Numbered from the stretch's first letter, positions 19,663 to 29,635 are shown. The stretch: DNA of 64,000 bases from Gemmatimonadales bacterium (GCA_041615815.1 JBFJCP010000015.1:32001-96000); one strand, 5' to 3'. Translations and numbers: made by a program. Notes: generated by a model not told the origin, from the sequence alone.

Positions 19663-22128
19663 TTATTCGTCCCGCAGCACCGCGAGCGGCTCGACCCGGG
19701 TGGCTCTCCCTGCAGGCAGCAGACACGCAGCGGCCGCCACCGCGCTCAGCAGCACGGCCACACCACCGTAGGTCACGGGGTCGGCAGGGCTCACGCCATA
19801 CAGCAGGGCGGTGAGGAGACGGCTCAGCCCGAATGCCGCCAACAGACCGACACCCACGCCGATCAGGGTCAGCAGCATGCCCTGGCGAAACACCAGGAAG
19901 CGCACATTCTGCCGGCTGGCGCCGAGTGCCATCCGCACGCCGATCTCGTGGGTCCGTTGGCCCACAGAGTACGAAATCACACCGTAAATCCCCACGGTCG
20001 CGAGAAGCAACGCGATACCGGCGAACGTGACGAGCAACAGGAGATTGAACCGTGGTTGAGCCACTGCGCTCCCGACCCTGTCGCGCATTGTCTGAACATC
20101 CGAAACGGGCTGGTCCGAATCGAGCGCCCATACCTCGCCACGGATGCTGCTCGTGAGTGCCACCGGATCGCTCGCGGTGCGCACGGCGAGATACATCGTC
20201 CCCACGGGGAATTGCGGATGCGGGAAGTAGACCTGTTCGCGACCAACGGTACTGAGGTCGTAGTGCTTCGAGTGGCGCACAACCCCGATGACCTCGCGCC
20301 AGATCAACTCTCCTTCGTCGTTACGGTTGATGGCCACCCGCTTGCCAATCGGCTCTTCCGTGGGCCAGAACCGCCGGACGAACTCCTCGTCGACCATAGC
20401 CACCAACGGCGCTTCCGACCCGTCGAACGCGTTGAACGTTCGCCCCTGCAAGAGCTGCACTCCCATGGTCTCGAAGTACTCAGGCGTGACCCACCGTCGG
20501 TCCGCCTCGATGAACGGATGCTGCGCCCCATGCACTGGCGTGACGGTACGCGATTCATTCACCCGTGTGGTCCCGGACGTGTACGATCCGCTGAGTGGGA
20601 GATGGGAGATGGCACCCGCTTGGGATACCCCCGGCAAGGCCCGCACGCGCTCGAGTAGCTGACTGTAGAACGCTTGCTGCGCCGGCCCGTCGTACCGGCT
20701 CGACGGCAGCGCGATCCGCATGGTGAGTAAGTTGTCCGTGCGATACCCCGGATTGGCGCGAAGCAGGTTGTCGAGGCTTCGAATCATGAGTCCCGCACCA
20801 ACCAACAAGACGAGCGCCAGCGCCACCTCCGCCACCACGAGCGCAGTCCGAACCCTCCGTCCGCCCACACCACTCGTGGCCCCTCGACCCCCTTCTTTGA
20901 GTGACCCCACGATCGACTGACGCATTCCATAGACCACCGGGGCGAGCCCAAAGAGCACGCCGGTCACCAACGCAATGGCGAGCGTGTACCACAGGACCGA
21001 TCCATCGACCCCCACCACGTCCCGGAGCGGCAGATCCGAGGGCGCCACCGCCATCACGACCCGAATGAGACCAAACGCCAGGACGAGACCCAAGAGCCCA
21101 CCCACCAACGCGAGCACAACACTCTCGGTCAGGAGCTGTCGGACGAGTCTGGTGCGATCCGCCCCAATGGCGGTCCGCACCGCGATCTCGCGTTCACGTC
21201 CCGCGGCACGGGTCAGCTGCAGGTTGGCGACATTCACGCACGCAATCAGGAGCACGAATCCCACAGCGCCGAGCAGAATGAGCAGTGCGGGTCTCACATC
21301 CTCGACGAGATCCGCGTGCAGAGACAGGACCGTGACACCCCACCCGGGGAAATCGTAGTAGTCGGGCGACTGCTCTTGAATCTGCAGCGCCACGCGGTCC
21401 ATGTCGGTCTGAGCCTGCTCCAGCGATACGTCGTCGGCGAGCCGCCCGAAGGCCCGAAGGAAATGGCTTCCGCGGTTCAATTCGGGATACGTCGTCCCAA
21501 ACACCGGCACCATGGGCACCCACACATCGATCGCATCGGGGAACTGCGCATCGGGATGGCGGACCGCAAAGCCAGGCGGTAGCACCCCAATTACGGTGTA
21601 GGTCGTGCCGTTCGCGGTGATCGTCTGGCCCACCATCGCGGGATCCGCGCCAAACCGACGTCGCCAGAATCCATGACCCAGGACCGCCACGGGATTGGAG
21701 GCCGGAGTGTCGTCGTCTGGTCCAATGAGCCGTCCGTAGAGCGGACGCACGCGCATCACCCGAAAAAACGTCCCCGAGGCGGCAGCGGCATCGATCTGTT
21801 CTGGCTCACCCAAGCCGGTGAAGCTCACCGTCGTCGGAGCAACCACCGCAATGGCATCGAACAGCGTGGCAAATTCCTGCATCTCGGCATACTCGGGACC
21901 CGAGACCCAGTTCTGTGGGAGGTCGGCGCCGAAATTGGTCCAAATCAACGCCAGACGATCGGGATCCTCGTAGGGAAGCGGCCGGAGCAGCACACCGTTC
22001 ACCACGCTGAAGACTGCCGTGTTGGCACCGATCCCCAACGCAAGCGTGAGCGCAGCGACGCTCACAAAGACGGGATTGTGCTTGAACGATCGAAATGTGT
22101 AGCGGAGATCCTGAAGCAGCGCTTCCAC
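19663..22128 (-). CDS. Duplicated MacB/FtsX-type ABC permease (ADOP-like)
   Basis: GTG start (V)EALLQDLRY; LALGIGANTAVFS, LLIACVNVANL, HEIGVRMALGA. Confidence 0.95.
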   Translation of the reverse strand: MEALLQDLRYTFRSFKHNPVFVSVAALTLALGIGANTAVFSVVNGVLLRPLPYEDPDRLALIWTNFGADLPQNWVSGPEYAEMQEFATLFDAIAVVAPTTVSFTGLGEPEQIDAAAASGTFFRVMRVRPLYGRLIGPDDDTPASNPVAVLGHGFWRRRFGADPAMVGQTITANGTTYTVIGVLPPGFAVRHPDAQFPDAIDVWVPMVPVFGTTYPELNRGSHFLRAFGRLADDVSLEQAQTDMDRVALQIQEQSPDYYDFPGWGVTVLSLHADLVEDVRPALLILLGAVGFVLLIACVNVANLQLTRAAGREREIAVRTAIGADRTRLVRQLLTESVVLALVGGLLGLVLAFGLIRVVMAVAPSDLPLRDVVGVDGSVLWYTLAIALVTGVLFGLAPVVYGMRQSIVGSLKEGGRGATSGVGGRRVRTALVVAEVALALVLLVGAGLMIRSLDNLLRANPGYRTDNLLTMRIALPSSRYDGPAQQAFYSQLLERVRALPGVSQAGAISHLPLSGSYTSGTTRVNESRTVTPVHGAQHPFIEADRRWVTPEYFETMGVQLLQGRTFNAFDGSEAPLVAMVDEEFVRRFWPTEEPIGKRVAINRNDEGELIWREVIGVVRHSKHYDLSTVGREQVYFPHPQFPVGTMYLAVRTASDPVALTSSIRGEVWALDSDQPVSDVQTMRDRVGSAVAQPRFNLLLLVTFAGIALLLATVGIYGVISYSVGQRTHEIGVRMALGASRQNVRFLVFRQGMLLTLIGVGVGLLAAFGLSRLLTALLYGVSPADPVTYGGVAVLLSAVAAAACLLPAGRATRVEPLAVLRDE

Positions 22129-22237
22129 GGCCGACTCCCGCAGTGAGGGCTCAGGTTGGAACGGCTCACTGGAGGTTGGACACACTCAACCCCGAGAAGG
22201 TTTACGTGACCGCACCCGAAGGAGTTTCGCGCTCTCT

Positions 22238-23749
22238 CTACGACGCTCCCGCCAGTTCGACGAGCATCGCCGTGTACATCTCGAGGTTCAACAGAAGTTG
22301 CGCCCGTGTCATGAACTCGTGTTCGCTGTGCCCGGTGTATGGCTCGCCCGGCATCGCCGGTCCAAAGTTCACCCCGAACGGAAGCAGCCGGGCATTGGTG
22401 CCACCACCGATGGCAATGGGTTGGGCGTCCTCCATGCCGGAATAGAATCGGAAAATGTCGAGCAACACCGGCACTTGCGGCGCGTCGTCGATGTAGTACG
22501 GCTCACCGATGAGTGTCGAAATCCCCGCGTCGATCCCCGTCTCCCGCTTCCAGGATTCCACCGCTTCATCAATCGCGCGCTCGAGCGCTTCCCCGCTCAT
22601 GCCCACCGGACTGCGGATGTTGATGCCGGCAACGAGTGTATCGGCATCACCCGGGCCCAGCATCGTGAGGGAGAGGGTGAGGGGACCCATGAAGTCGTGC
22701 TCGTAGGCTACTTTGCCGAAGCGTTCGCCGTAGTCGCCGGTGCCAACGAGATCATTCACCATACGAACCATCCGACCGGCTTGCGTCGATGGCCAATCAT
22801 GCACGCCCAGGAGAGCAGCGAGGTGGGTGATGGCGTTTCGGCCTTGCCACGGCTTGGACGAGTGAGCCGCGAGACCTCGAGCCGCGACATTCAGTGTGTC
22901 CCCCACCCGCTCGAACGTGAATTGCGCGAGACTGTCGCTGGCCGCGGCCTCGCGCAACGCGTGCTCCAGCTCCAACGAAGGCCCCATGATCGTGGCCTTG
23001 GCATCCTCCGGAATCTGGGACAGGAATTCGCCACCCGTGAAAGCCGCGAGCCGGGGACCCGGACCGGCTGTCCGATCCGGAGGGATCTTGAGAAAGACGC
23101 CGTTCCAGGCTTTCTCCGCGATCACCACGGGATATTCGGAATCCAACGCCACGTTGATGCCCGGAGGATCCCACTGCGCCACGAACTCCCGAATCGGTCC
23201 CCAGTCCGACTCCTCCGTATAGGTGATGACAAGCTCGATACGGCGCTCGAGCGGGACGCCGCGATCACGCACGGCACGCATCGCATAGAGCGCGGCGGCA
23301 ATGGGGCCCTTGTCGTCCTCGACCCCCCGGCCAATGAGCCGCCCATGCTCACTGTGCGCATCCAACTGGAAGGGGTCCTCCATCCATTTGGCCGGATCCG
23401 CCGGCTGGACGTCGGCGTGAGCCAGCACACCGAGGCGCTCATCGGCATCGCCGAGCCCAATGATGATCACGGCGCCGTGATCGACGAAATCGAGTCCGAG
23501 GTCGGCGGCGAGCTGGGCCAGATACGCGGTCAACGCCCGAAACTCGGGATGCTCGGCGTTGGGAATCCCGTCCTGTGCCACCGTTCGGAACGCGATCAAT
23601 TCACCGAGCCGCCGTTCGACGGAGTCCCCATAGGTCTCGACGGCGTAGCTCGCCACGTCTCGAGCTAGCGCAGAGGGAGTGGGCGCTCGCTCGCCGCACG
23701 CGACCAGGAACGCTAGTCCCACGAGCAGGCCAAGACCGTGAGGTCTCAC
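22238..23749 (-). CDS. M20 family dipeptidase (PepV/Sapep-like) lipoprotein
   Basis: LVA-C lipobox; HADVQP, GRGVEDDKG, TEE, AHSS, GGGT, HSEHE metal-binding motifs. Confidence 0.9.
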   Translation of the reverse strand: MRPHGLGLLVGLAFLVACGERAPTPSALARDVASYAVETYGDSVERRLGELIAFRTVAQDGIPNAEHPEFRALTAYLAQLAADLGLDFVDHGAVIIIGLGDADERLGVLAHADVQPADPAKWMEDPFQLDAHSEHGRLIGRGVEDDKGPIAAALYAMRAVRDRGVPLERRIELVITYTEESDWGPIREFVAQWDPPGINVALDSEYPVVIAEKAWNGVFLKIPPDRTAGPGPRLAAFTGGEFLSQIPEDAKATIMGPSLELEHALREAAASDSLAQFTFERVGDTLNVAARGLAAHSSKPWQGRNAITHLAALLGVHDWPSTQAGRMVRMVNDLVGTGDYGERFGKVAYEHDFMGPLTLSLTMLGPGDADTLVAGINIRSPVGMSGEALERAIDEAVESWKRETGIDAGISTLIGEPYYIDDAPQVPVLLDIFRFYSGMEDAQPIAIGGGTNARLLPFGVNFGPAMPGEPYTGHSEHEFMTRAQLLLNLEMYTAMLVELAGAS

Positions 23750-23991
23750 GCCGGTGTCGGCCCCTGGGCTTCGAGGACGACCTTGCCGCCCGGCATATAG
23801 GCGCGGATATCATCGGTCGACCCCCGGCGGACTTCGCTGGTCCCATAAATGTTGCCTTCGGTGGCGTACAGCTCGAAGTAGGTACCGTCGGTAAACACCA
23901 GAAACACCTGACTCTGCGGCGTCCGGGTACGCTCCTTGACCAGTACGGCCCGGATCGTCTTACCGACGACGTGTTTGAGGCCGTGTTTCAT
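23746..23991 (-). CDS. Small hypothetical protein coupled to the dipeptidase
   Basis: 81 aa after a GGAGGA RBS; stop overlaps the next start (GTGA). Confidence 0.65.
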   Translation of the reverse strand: MKHGLKHVVGKTIRAVLVKERTRTPQSQVFLVFTDGTYFELYATEGNIYGTSEVRRGSTDDIRAYMPGGKVVLEAQGPTPA

Positions 23992-24177
23992 TTGGCAGTC
24001 CTCCAACGAGTGGGGCCCTCAAGATTGGCATGGCGATACCGCTGGAGGCAATGGGGTTGGGGACGGGAGCGGCTGCCGCGGCTCGATCCCATCCCTCCCA
24101 TCCGAGTGACACTCATCACGGCCACCTCGCAGTGGCGGGACTAGGTTAGCCTCACCTCTCCTCCCTCGAGAAACTCG

Positions 24178-26565
24178 ATGTTCTCACGAAGCTTCGGCGC
24201 GCCACTCGTGCTGTTGGCAACCATCGCGACCGGCTGTCTGGTAGACGGACCGCAAGTCCCCGCCTCGATCGTGTTGGACGCCGGCACGGTCACGTTCGAT
24301 GCCATTGGCGCCACCCAGCAACTGACGGCCACGGTGCTGGATCAGGACGGAAGCCCCATCGCCGATGCCACCGTGCATTGGTCCACGGGGGATGATCAGG
24401 TGGCGATCGTGAACGCCAATGGCTTGGTCACGGCCATGGGCAACGGCGGCACGCAGATCACGGCGACCGTCGACCTGGTGACGGGTCAGACCACCGTCAC
24501 GGTCCAACAAACGCCGGCCCAGGCCACGGCGGCGTCCGGCAACGCGCAGATGGGAACAGCCGGCAGCGCGCTGGGCGATCCCGTTGTCGTGAGAATCACC
24601 GACCGACTCGACCAACCGATCCAAGGGGTTGCCGTCACCTTCGCGGTCACCGGAGGCGGCGGCAGCGTGGATCCCACGGCGGACACGACAGGGGTCACGG
24701 GTGAGGCCGCGGCGACCTGGACGCTGGGACCAGCCGTGGGGAGCAACACCCTCGAAGTCACGATTGGCGGCATTGCCCCGGTCAGCTTCACAGCCACGGC
24801 CATGACTGGCCCACCGGCAACCGTGGCCGCGGCGGGAGGGGACGGGCAAACCGCAACGGTCGATACGCCGGTCTCCACCGCCCCTTCCGTGATCGTCACC
24901 GACGCCGGCGGTCGCGCCGTGGAAGGCGTGACCGTCACCTTCCAAGTGGCCACGGGAGGCGGAAGCGTCACGGGAGGCACCCAGACCACGGATGCCACCG
25001 GAACCGCCACGGTGGGCGCGTGGCGGTTGGGCCAGACTGCCGGGCAAAACACACTCACCGCAACGGTCTCCGGGCTGCCGGCGGTCCCGTTCGCGGCCAC
25101 TGGGGAGGCAGGGCCCGCCACCAATCTCGCGATCGCTGACGGGGACGGCCAATCGGCATCGGTGAATACCGACGTGGCGGTTCCTCCGGCGGTGCTCGTG
25201 ACGGACGCCTTCGCCAACCCGGTGGCAGGCGAGAGTGTGGCGTTCGTCGTGACGGTCGGGGGTGGCATGGTCAGCGGATCCCCGGCGCTAAGCGGAAGCG
25301 ACGGCATCGCGCAGGTGACCGCCTGGACCCTGGGCCCGGCCGAAGGCGCCAACGCGCTGGAAGCGGCGGCGGCCGCGACCGGCCCCGTGACCTTCAACGC
25401 TACGGGGACGGCGGGGACGTCGCCGGGCTCGGTGATGATCGCGGACGGTGATGGGCAGACCGGGCTAGTGAGTACCCCTGTGAATTTTGCCCCTGCCGTG
25501 CAACTGCTGGACGCGGGCGGCAATCCGGTGGCCGGTGTCGAGGTGGTGTTTGCACCGACGAGTGGCGGGGGAAGCGTGACCGGCGGAACGATCATGACTG
25601 ACACCAACGGAAGGGCGGCTGTGGGAGGCTGGACGCTCGGCCCGTCCGCTGGCACTCACACGCTCACCGCCACGGTGACCGGGAGTGGTATCACAAACAA
25701 CCCGATCACGTTTACGGCTACGGCGGTCACAGCGGCGTTCGACATCGAGGTTCGGCACGTGGCGTCACCCACCGCCTCACAACAGGCGGCGTTCGACAAC
25801 GCCGTGGCTCGGTGGGAGCAGCTTTTGATCGGGGACCTGACAGATGTCGATTTCACGTCCAGCCCGGTGGCGGCCGGTGCGTGCGGCGTCGATCATCCCC
25901 AAATCAACGAGGTAGTGGACGACCTGATCATCTACGCCGAGCTGGAGCCGATCGATGGCCCGGGATCGGTCTTGGGATCGGCCGGGCCCTGCATCGTACG
26001 GTCGGGCGGCGGGCTCACGATCGTGGGCATCATGCGCTTCGATACGGACGATCTCGACGGCCTCGAATCGTCGGGTCAACTCGAGGCCGTGATCCTCCAC
26101 GAGATGGGGCACGTCCTGGGGCTGGGCACGTTGTGGGGTGGCTTCCTGCAAAACCCCTCGCTCCCCAACAGTCCGGGTGTGGATACACACTTCGACGGCG
26201 CCACGGCGATCAAGGCGTTCGACCTCGCGGGTGGCACCGACTACGGCGGCGGCGCCAAGGTACCGGTCGAGAACGAGCAGGGCGGACAGGGAACCCGGGA
26301 CGCGCACTGGCGGGAATCGGTGTTCGATACGGAACTCATGACCGGGTTCCTCGACAGCGGGGCCAATCAGCTTTCCATCGTGACCGTCGGCTCGTTTGGT
26401 GACATCGGGTATCTATTCAGTTTTGCTGGGACGGACGAATATGCCACACCGGCCCCGATGGCTGCGGCCGTAGCCGGCGGCCATATCGAGTTGGTGGATG
26501 ACCTCTGGTTTGGGCCGCTGTGGATGGTGGACGCGGTGGGGAGGGTGACCCGCTCGGTGCGGTGA
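24178..26565 (+). CDS. Surface lipoprotein: Ig-like repeats plus leishmanolysin-like (M8) zinc metalloprotease
   Basis: ATG-C lipobox, Ig-like repeats, HEMGHVLG, downstream HWRE and ELMTG Met-turn. Confidence 0.88.
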   Translation: MFSRSFGAPLVLLATIATGCLVDGPQVPASIVLDAGTVTFDAIGATQQLTATVLDQDGSPIADATVHWSTGDDQVAIVNANGLVTAMGNGGTQITATVDLVTGQTTVTVQQTPAQATAASGNAQMGTAGSALGDPVVVRITDRLDQPIQGVAVTFAVTGGGGSVDPTADTTGVTGEAAATWTLGPAVGSNTLEVTIGGIAPVSFTATAMTGPPATVAAAGGDGQTATVDTPVSTAPSVIVTDAGGRAVEGVTVTFQVATGGGSVTGGTQTTDATGTATVGAWRLGQTAGQNTLTATVSGLPAVPFAATGEAGPATNLAIADGDGQSASVNTDVAVPPAVLVTDAFANPVAGESVAFVVTVGGGMVSGSPALSGSDGIAQVTAWTLGPAEGANALEAAAAATGPVTFNATGTAGTSPGSVMIADGDGQTGLVSTPVNFAPAVQLLDAGGNPVAGVEVVFAPTSGGGSVTGGTIMTDTNGRAAVGGWTLGPSAGTHTLTATVTGSGITNNPITFTATAVTAAFDIEVRHVASPTASQQAAFDNAVARWEQLLIGDLTDVDFTSSPVAAGACGVDHPQINEVVDDLIIYAELEPIDGPGSVLGSAGPCIVRSGGGLTIVGIMRFDTDDLDGLESSGQLEAVILHEMGHVLGLGTLWGGFLQNPSLPNSPGVDTHFDGATAIKAFDLAGGTDYGGGAKVPVENEQGGQGTRDAHWRESVFDTELMTGFLDSGANQLSIVTVGSFGDIGYLFSFAGTDEYATPAPMAAAVAGGHIELVDDLWFGPLWMVDAVGRVTRSVR
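24535..25735 (+). repeat. Four intragenic ~100-aa Ig-like repeats
   Basis: Recurrent G(D/N)xQ...P.V...D...V.F...GGG.V...W.LG...G...L pattern; boundaries approximate. Confidence 0.75.
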
Positions 26566-26646
26566 CCGGGGCGGGGAGCCGACCCTCCTCAGGCCGTCAT
26601 GGAGCCTGGGGCACCGGGTCGTCGCCCGCCAGGACACCCGGCTCGT

Positions 26647-27837
26647 CTACGCCGCGCTCGGAGACGGCTCCAACAGCTCCGTGGCGATCGCCTCGAGCAT
26701 GAGCTCACGCGCGCGAGCCACGATTTCGTCGAGCGAGGGTGTGGTCGCGAAGACCTTCCGGGCCCGTTCACGTAGTTGGTCCACGGTTGGCACGTGCGGC
26801 AAGTGCATCTCGCTGAGCATGGCCACCGCATCGGCGCGGGCGGTGCGCGCCCGAGCACGCAGCTCCTCGAGCGTGGGCGTGTGTGCCCATGCCTCCCGCA
26901 GTTGGGCGCCCATCCGCTCGACCGACAACGTCGCCGCGAGCTGCCGCGCCACCTTCTCGACCGTACGGCGACCCAGCTTCCGCTCGTTGCGTACGAGAGC
27001 CCTGGGCGGCTCGTTGAGATCCCACACGATGCGTGCCCACGACAGCAGCTTGAGGGCATAATACGTGGGATCGAACTCCCACCACCGAAATCCCTGACGG
27101 GTGGACGCCATGTAGGCGTGGTGATTGTTGTGCCACCCCTCGCCCAGGGTGATGAGTGCCAGCCACCAGTTGTTCCGCGAATCGTCGCCGGTCACATACC
27201 GCTGCTTCCCATAGACATGCGCCAGCGAGTTGATGCTGAATGAGCCGTGGTACAGAAGCACCGTGCTCCAAAAAAAGCCAACCACCAGCCCCGGCCAGCC
27301 AGCCAAAAGCCACGTTCCCACCCCCAGCAGCGTGGCCGGCACGTAGGGGTGCCGGTCCAGCCAGACCAGTTCGGGAAATCGTGTGAGGTCGGGAACCGCC
27401 GAGTAGTCCGTCTCCGTCTGGCGCGGCACGAAGATCCAGCCCACGTGCGCATACCAGAATCCCCGCTGCCCTGGGGAGTGGACATCCAATTCGGAATCGG
27501 AGTGCTTGTGGTGGTGCCGGTGTTTCGCGGCCCACCACAGAATCCCGCGCTGGGCCGAGCTCTGGGCGAGCGCCGCGAGGACGAACTGGCCAACCCGGCT
27601 CGTCCTGAAGGCCCGGTGCGAAAAGTAGCGGTGATAGCCCGCCGTCACCGCAAACATGCGCATGAAATAGAGGACGACGCCGATCGCCAGCGCCTCAAGA
27701 GTGACCCCAGTCCAGAACGCGGCCAGACAGACCAGATGCACGAGCACGAACGGGATCGGCCCGGGATAGATGATGTCGTCGTGCGGTTGGGGCTGGGGCG
27801 CTTGCCAGCCACGGGAAATGGTGCCCTTCGACGCCAT
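26647..27837 (-). CDS. Acyl-CoA/fatty acid (delta-9-like) desaturase with C-terminal helical extension
   Basis: His boxes HRYFSH, HRHHH, HNNHH; GGAGGA RBS before MASKG. Confidence 0.95.
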   Translation of the reverse strand: MASKGTISRGWQAPQPQPHDDIIYPGPIPFVLVHLVCLAAFWTGVTLEALAIGVVLYFMRMFAVTAGYHRYFSHRAFRTSRVGQFVLAALAQSSAQRGILWWAAKHRHHHKHSDSELDVHSPGQRGFWYAHVGWIFVPRQTETDYSAVPDLTRFPELVWLDRHPYVPATLLGVGTWLLAGWPGLVVGFFWSTVLLYHGSFSINSLAHVYGKQRYVTGDDSRNNWWLALITLGEGWHNNHHAYMASTRQGFRWWEFDPTYYALKLLSWARIVWDLNEPPRALVRNERKLGRRTVEKVARQLAATLSVERMGAQLREAWAHTPTLEELRARARTARADAVAMLSEMHLPHVPTVDQLRERARKVFATTPSLDEIVARARELMLEAIATELLEPSPSAA

Positions 27838-27875
27838 GCGCATCCTCCGGATGGTGGAATGATCCAACGACGGAC

Positions 27876-27993
27876 TGAACCGAGGAGTGCATCGCGGTGG
27901 GCGCAGCACCAGCGTTCGAGCCACCCCAAAAGGGGGCGGCGGCTGGGGAAGATACCGGCTCTGCGGTTCTTGTCGGCAGCTGCAAGCTAACGG
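27876..27993 (-). promoter_or_regulatory. Conserved upstream/leader element, copy 2 (upstream of desaturase)
   Basis: CCGTTAGCTTGCA...AAGAACCGCAGAGCCGGTATCTTC...CCCC/GGGG hairpin...CTCCTCGGTTCA; colinear with 5853-5970. Confidence 0.7.
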
Positions 27994-28021
27994 AAGACCG
28001 TGTCCGACACCAGCCTACGCC

Positions 28022-28050
28022 TTTTCAGAATGCCCTCAACCCGCTATAAT
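28022..28050 (+). promoter_or_regulatory. Sigma70-type promoter for the small-protein/HTH operon
   Basis: TTTTCA-17 bp-TATAAT (perfect -10 in GC-rich DNA). Confidence 0.65.
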
Positions 28051-28228
28051 TCGAGGGCGGAGAATTAGCCATCGAACTCCGTCTTTCCGATGTTTCGCTT
28101 CCTCCTGGAGTCGCGATCGTTCATTCAGTGTCGCATTGGTCCACGCTCCCGTCTGTGACGTTCGGTCGCTTTCGGGTCCTCATCGGGCCGGGAGCGCCCG
28201 GCACCTTAGCTCGCGATGGCGTTGCGGC

Positions 28229-28441
28229 ATGACGGAGATCCCCACGCGGTACTTCAGATTCAAAAAGAACCGCTGCCCCCGTTCGGTGAAATGGCTTGAC
28301 CGCGACGGGATTTATGAAGGCAAGTTGATGTCGATGACGAAACGGGTCGTTCGCCTGTATGCTCCGGAGGGAACACCCGACGACCCGCATGTCGATGTCT
28401 CCTACGATTGGCTCATTCCGGTGCAAGGAGGCCCGCATTGA
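28229..28441 (+). CDS. Small hypothetical protein, possibly an SH3/Sm-like beta-barrel
   Basis: 70 aa MTEIPTRYFRFKK...GIYEGKLMSMTKRVVRL...VDVSYDWLIPV; stop overlaps the next TTG. Confidence 0.65.
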   Translation: MTEIPTRYFRFKKNRCPRSVKWLDRDGIYEGKLMSMTKRVVRLYAPEGTPDDPHVDVSYDWLIPVQGGPH

Positions 28442-29124
28442 AGTTGTCACCCCCGCTGAAAAAGCCCGTGAAGGTGGGAGAACTGTTGCGTCGACGCTTG
28501 AAAGAGACCGAGCGCACGCCGGAGGAGTTGGCCGAGGCGGCGCAGGTACCACCGGAGTACATCGACGACCTGCTCGCCGGTCGGCGACGTCCTCCGCGTC
28601 CCGGACGTACGGATCTCTACCAGAAGATGACGGCCTTTCTCCGGCTCAGTCGGAACGATCTCGCGTTGTGCGCTCGGGCCGAGCGAGAGGAGAGCGCGCC
28701 GAAGCGGGCTGCCGGTCCCAAGCCCAAGGTCCGGCGCTTGCTGCTCGAGTTGTGCGAGCCGACGACGGCCGAGGAGCTCGAGCGCCGGCGAACCAAAGAC
28801 GGGGGGGCTGAATTCGTCGACCTCATCCAGCGCCTACTCGACGTGGCTCAGGGGGCGGTGCGCAAGGTGTTGGACGACCAAATCGGGCTCCGGATTGCGG
28901 CCGAGCGAAGCGGCGGGAGTTACGTCGCCGCCCGCTTCAGCGTCTTGGAGTTTCTGGACGCAACGCCGGACAGCCTCACGGTCGATCACCTCACACGGTT
29001 TCTGCGGCCTCGCGTGGCCATGTGGGACGTCGACTTGGAAACCGGCGTCCTGCGCGTCGTGCTGCGCGGTCAGGAGCCTCAAGATCGGTATCGACGCAAG
29101 CCAAGCCGCAAGGCGGCCTTCTAG
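28438..29124 (+). CDS. XRE-like HTH protein with an uncharacterised C-terminal domain
   Basis: GELLRRRLKETERTPEELAEAAQVPPEYIDDLLAGRRRPP; AGGAGG RBS with TTG start. Confidence 0.8.
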   Translation: MKLSPPLKKPVKVGELLRRRLKETERTPEELAEAAQVPPEYIDDLLAGRRRPPRPGRTDLYQKMTAFLRLSRNDLALCARAEREESAPKRAAGPKPKVRRLLLELCEPTTAEELERRRTKDGGAEFVDLIQRLLDVAQGAVRKVLDDQIGLRIAAERSGGSYVAARFSVLEFLDATPDSLTVDHLTRFLRPRVAMWDVDLETGVLRVVLRGQEPQDRYRRKPSRKAAF

Positions 29125-29182
29125 CAGGAGGCCGTCCACGCCCGGCGTCCACAGCCGGGATCCACCGCTCGCAGCATACATC

Positions 29183-29226
29183 CGCCGAGCCTTCGCACCA
29201 TCAAATGGACGGAGGCTCGGCGTTTC
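29183..29226 (+). terminator. Intrinsic terminator-like hairpin
   Basis: CGCCGAGCCTTCG...CGGAGGCTCGGCG followed by TTTC. Confidence 0.55.
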
Positions 29227-29452
29227 ACTGCAGCCCTCGCAGCGGTCTCGATCGGCGGAGCCGGCTCACAACCACTCACGGTGCGGGCCACCCCTGTACC
29301 CGCCCTGCAACCAACTTCACTAATTCCTCATCGATGGCGCCCCATGCTTCAACGGTATCCCTCGGTGCACTTGTCAGTGACGGCGAGGTGCCGTGGGAAT
29401 GTTGGGACTGAAGGAGTTTCTCCTTGTTTCCTACGGGTGTTGGGAGGGCGTT

Positions 29453-29626
29453 ATGAAACCCACGATGGAAAGGGATCGAATCCAAGCCCTCGAAGACCGA
29501 CTGGCGAGCCTGGAGGAGCAGTACCGGCACCTGAACCGTCGGACCGCGGAGCTCGACCGGTTGGCCGAAGAGGTCGCGAATCTCAAGATCGAGATCGAAG
29601 AACGCACCGTGTTTGGGGAAGGATGA
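29453..29626 (+). CDS. Small coiled-coil protein
   Basis: 57 aa heptad pattern RIQALEDRLASLEEQY...; GGGAGG RBS. Confidence 0.65.
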   Translation: MKPTMERDRIQALEDRLASLEEQYRHLNRRTAELDRLAEEVANLKIEIEERTVFGEG

Positions 29627-29635
29627 GGTAACGCG

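Noticed and set aside
19481..20131. Long N-terminal extension of the HhH ORF (531 aa)
   Set aside because: It overlaps the permease gene in a shifted frame and has low-complexity Arg/Gly composition
19558..20658. Plus-strand 366-aa ORF beginning MVTREEVEAEVHRF
   Set aside because: Mostly antisense to the permease; its 5' part coincides with a hairpin; no recognisable domain
29330..29400. Fluoride riboswitch-like GATGG start
   Set aside because: Lacks the pseudoknot complement and the downstream conserved segment, and no fluoride-related gene follows
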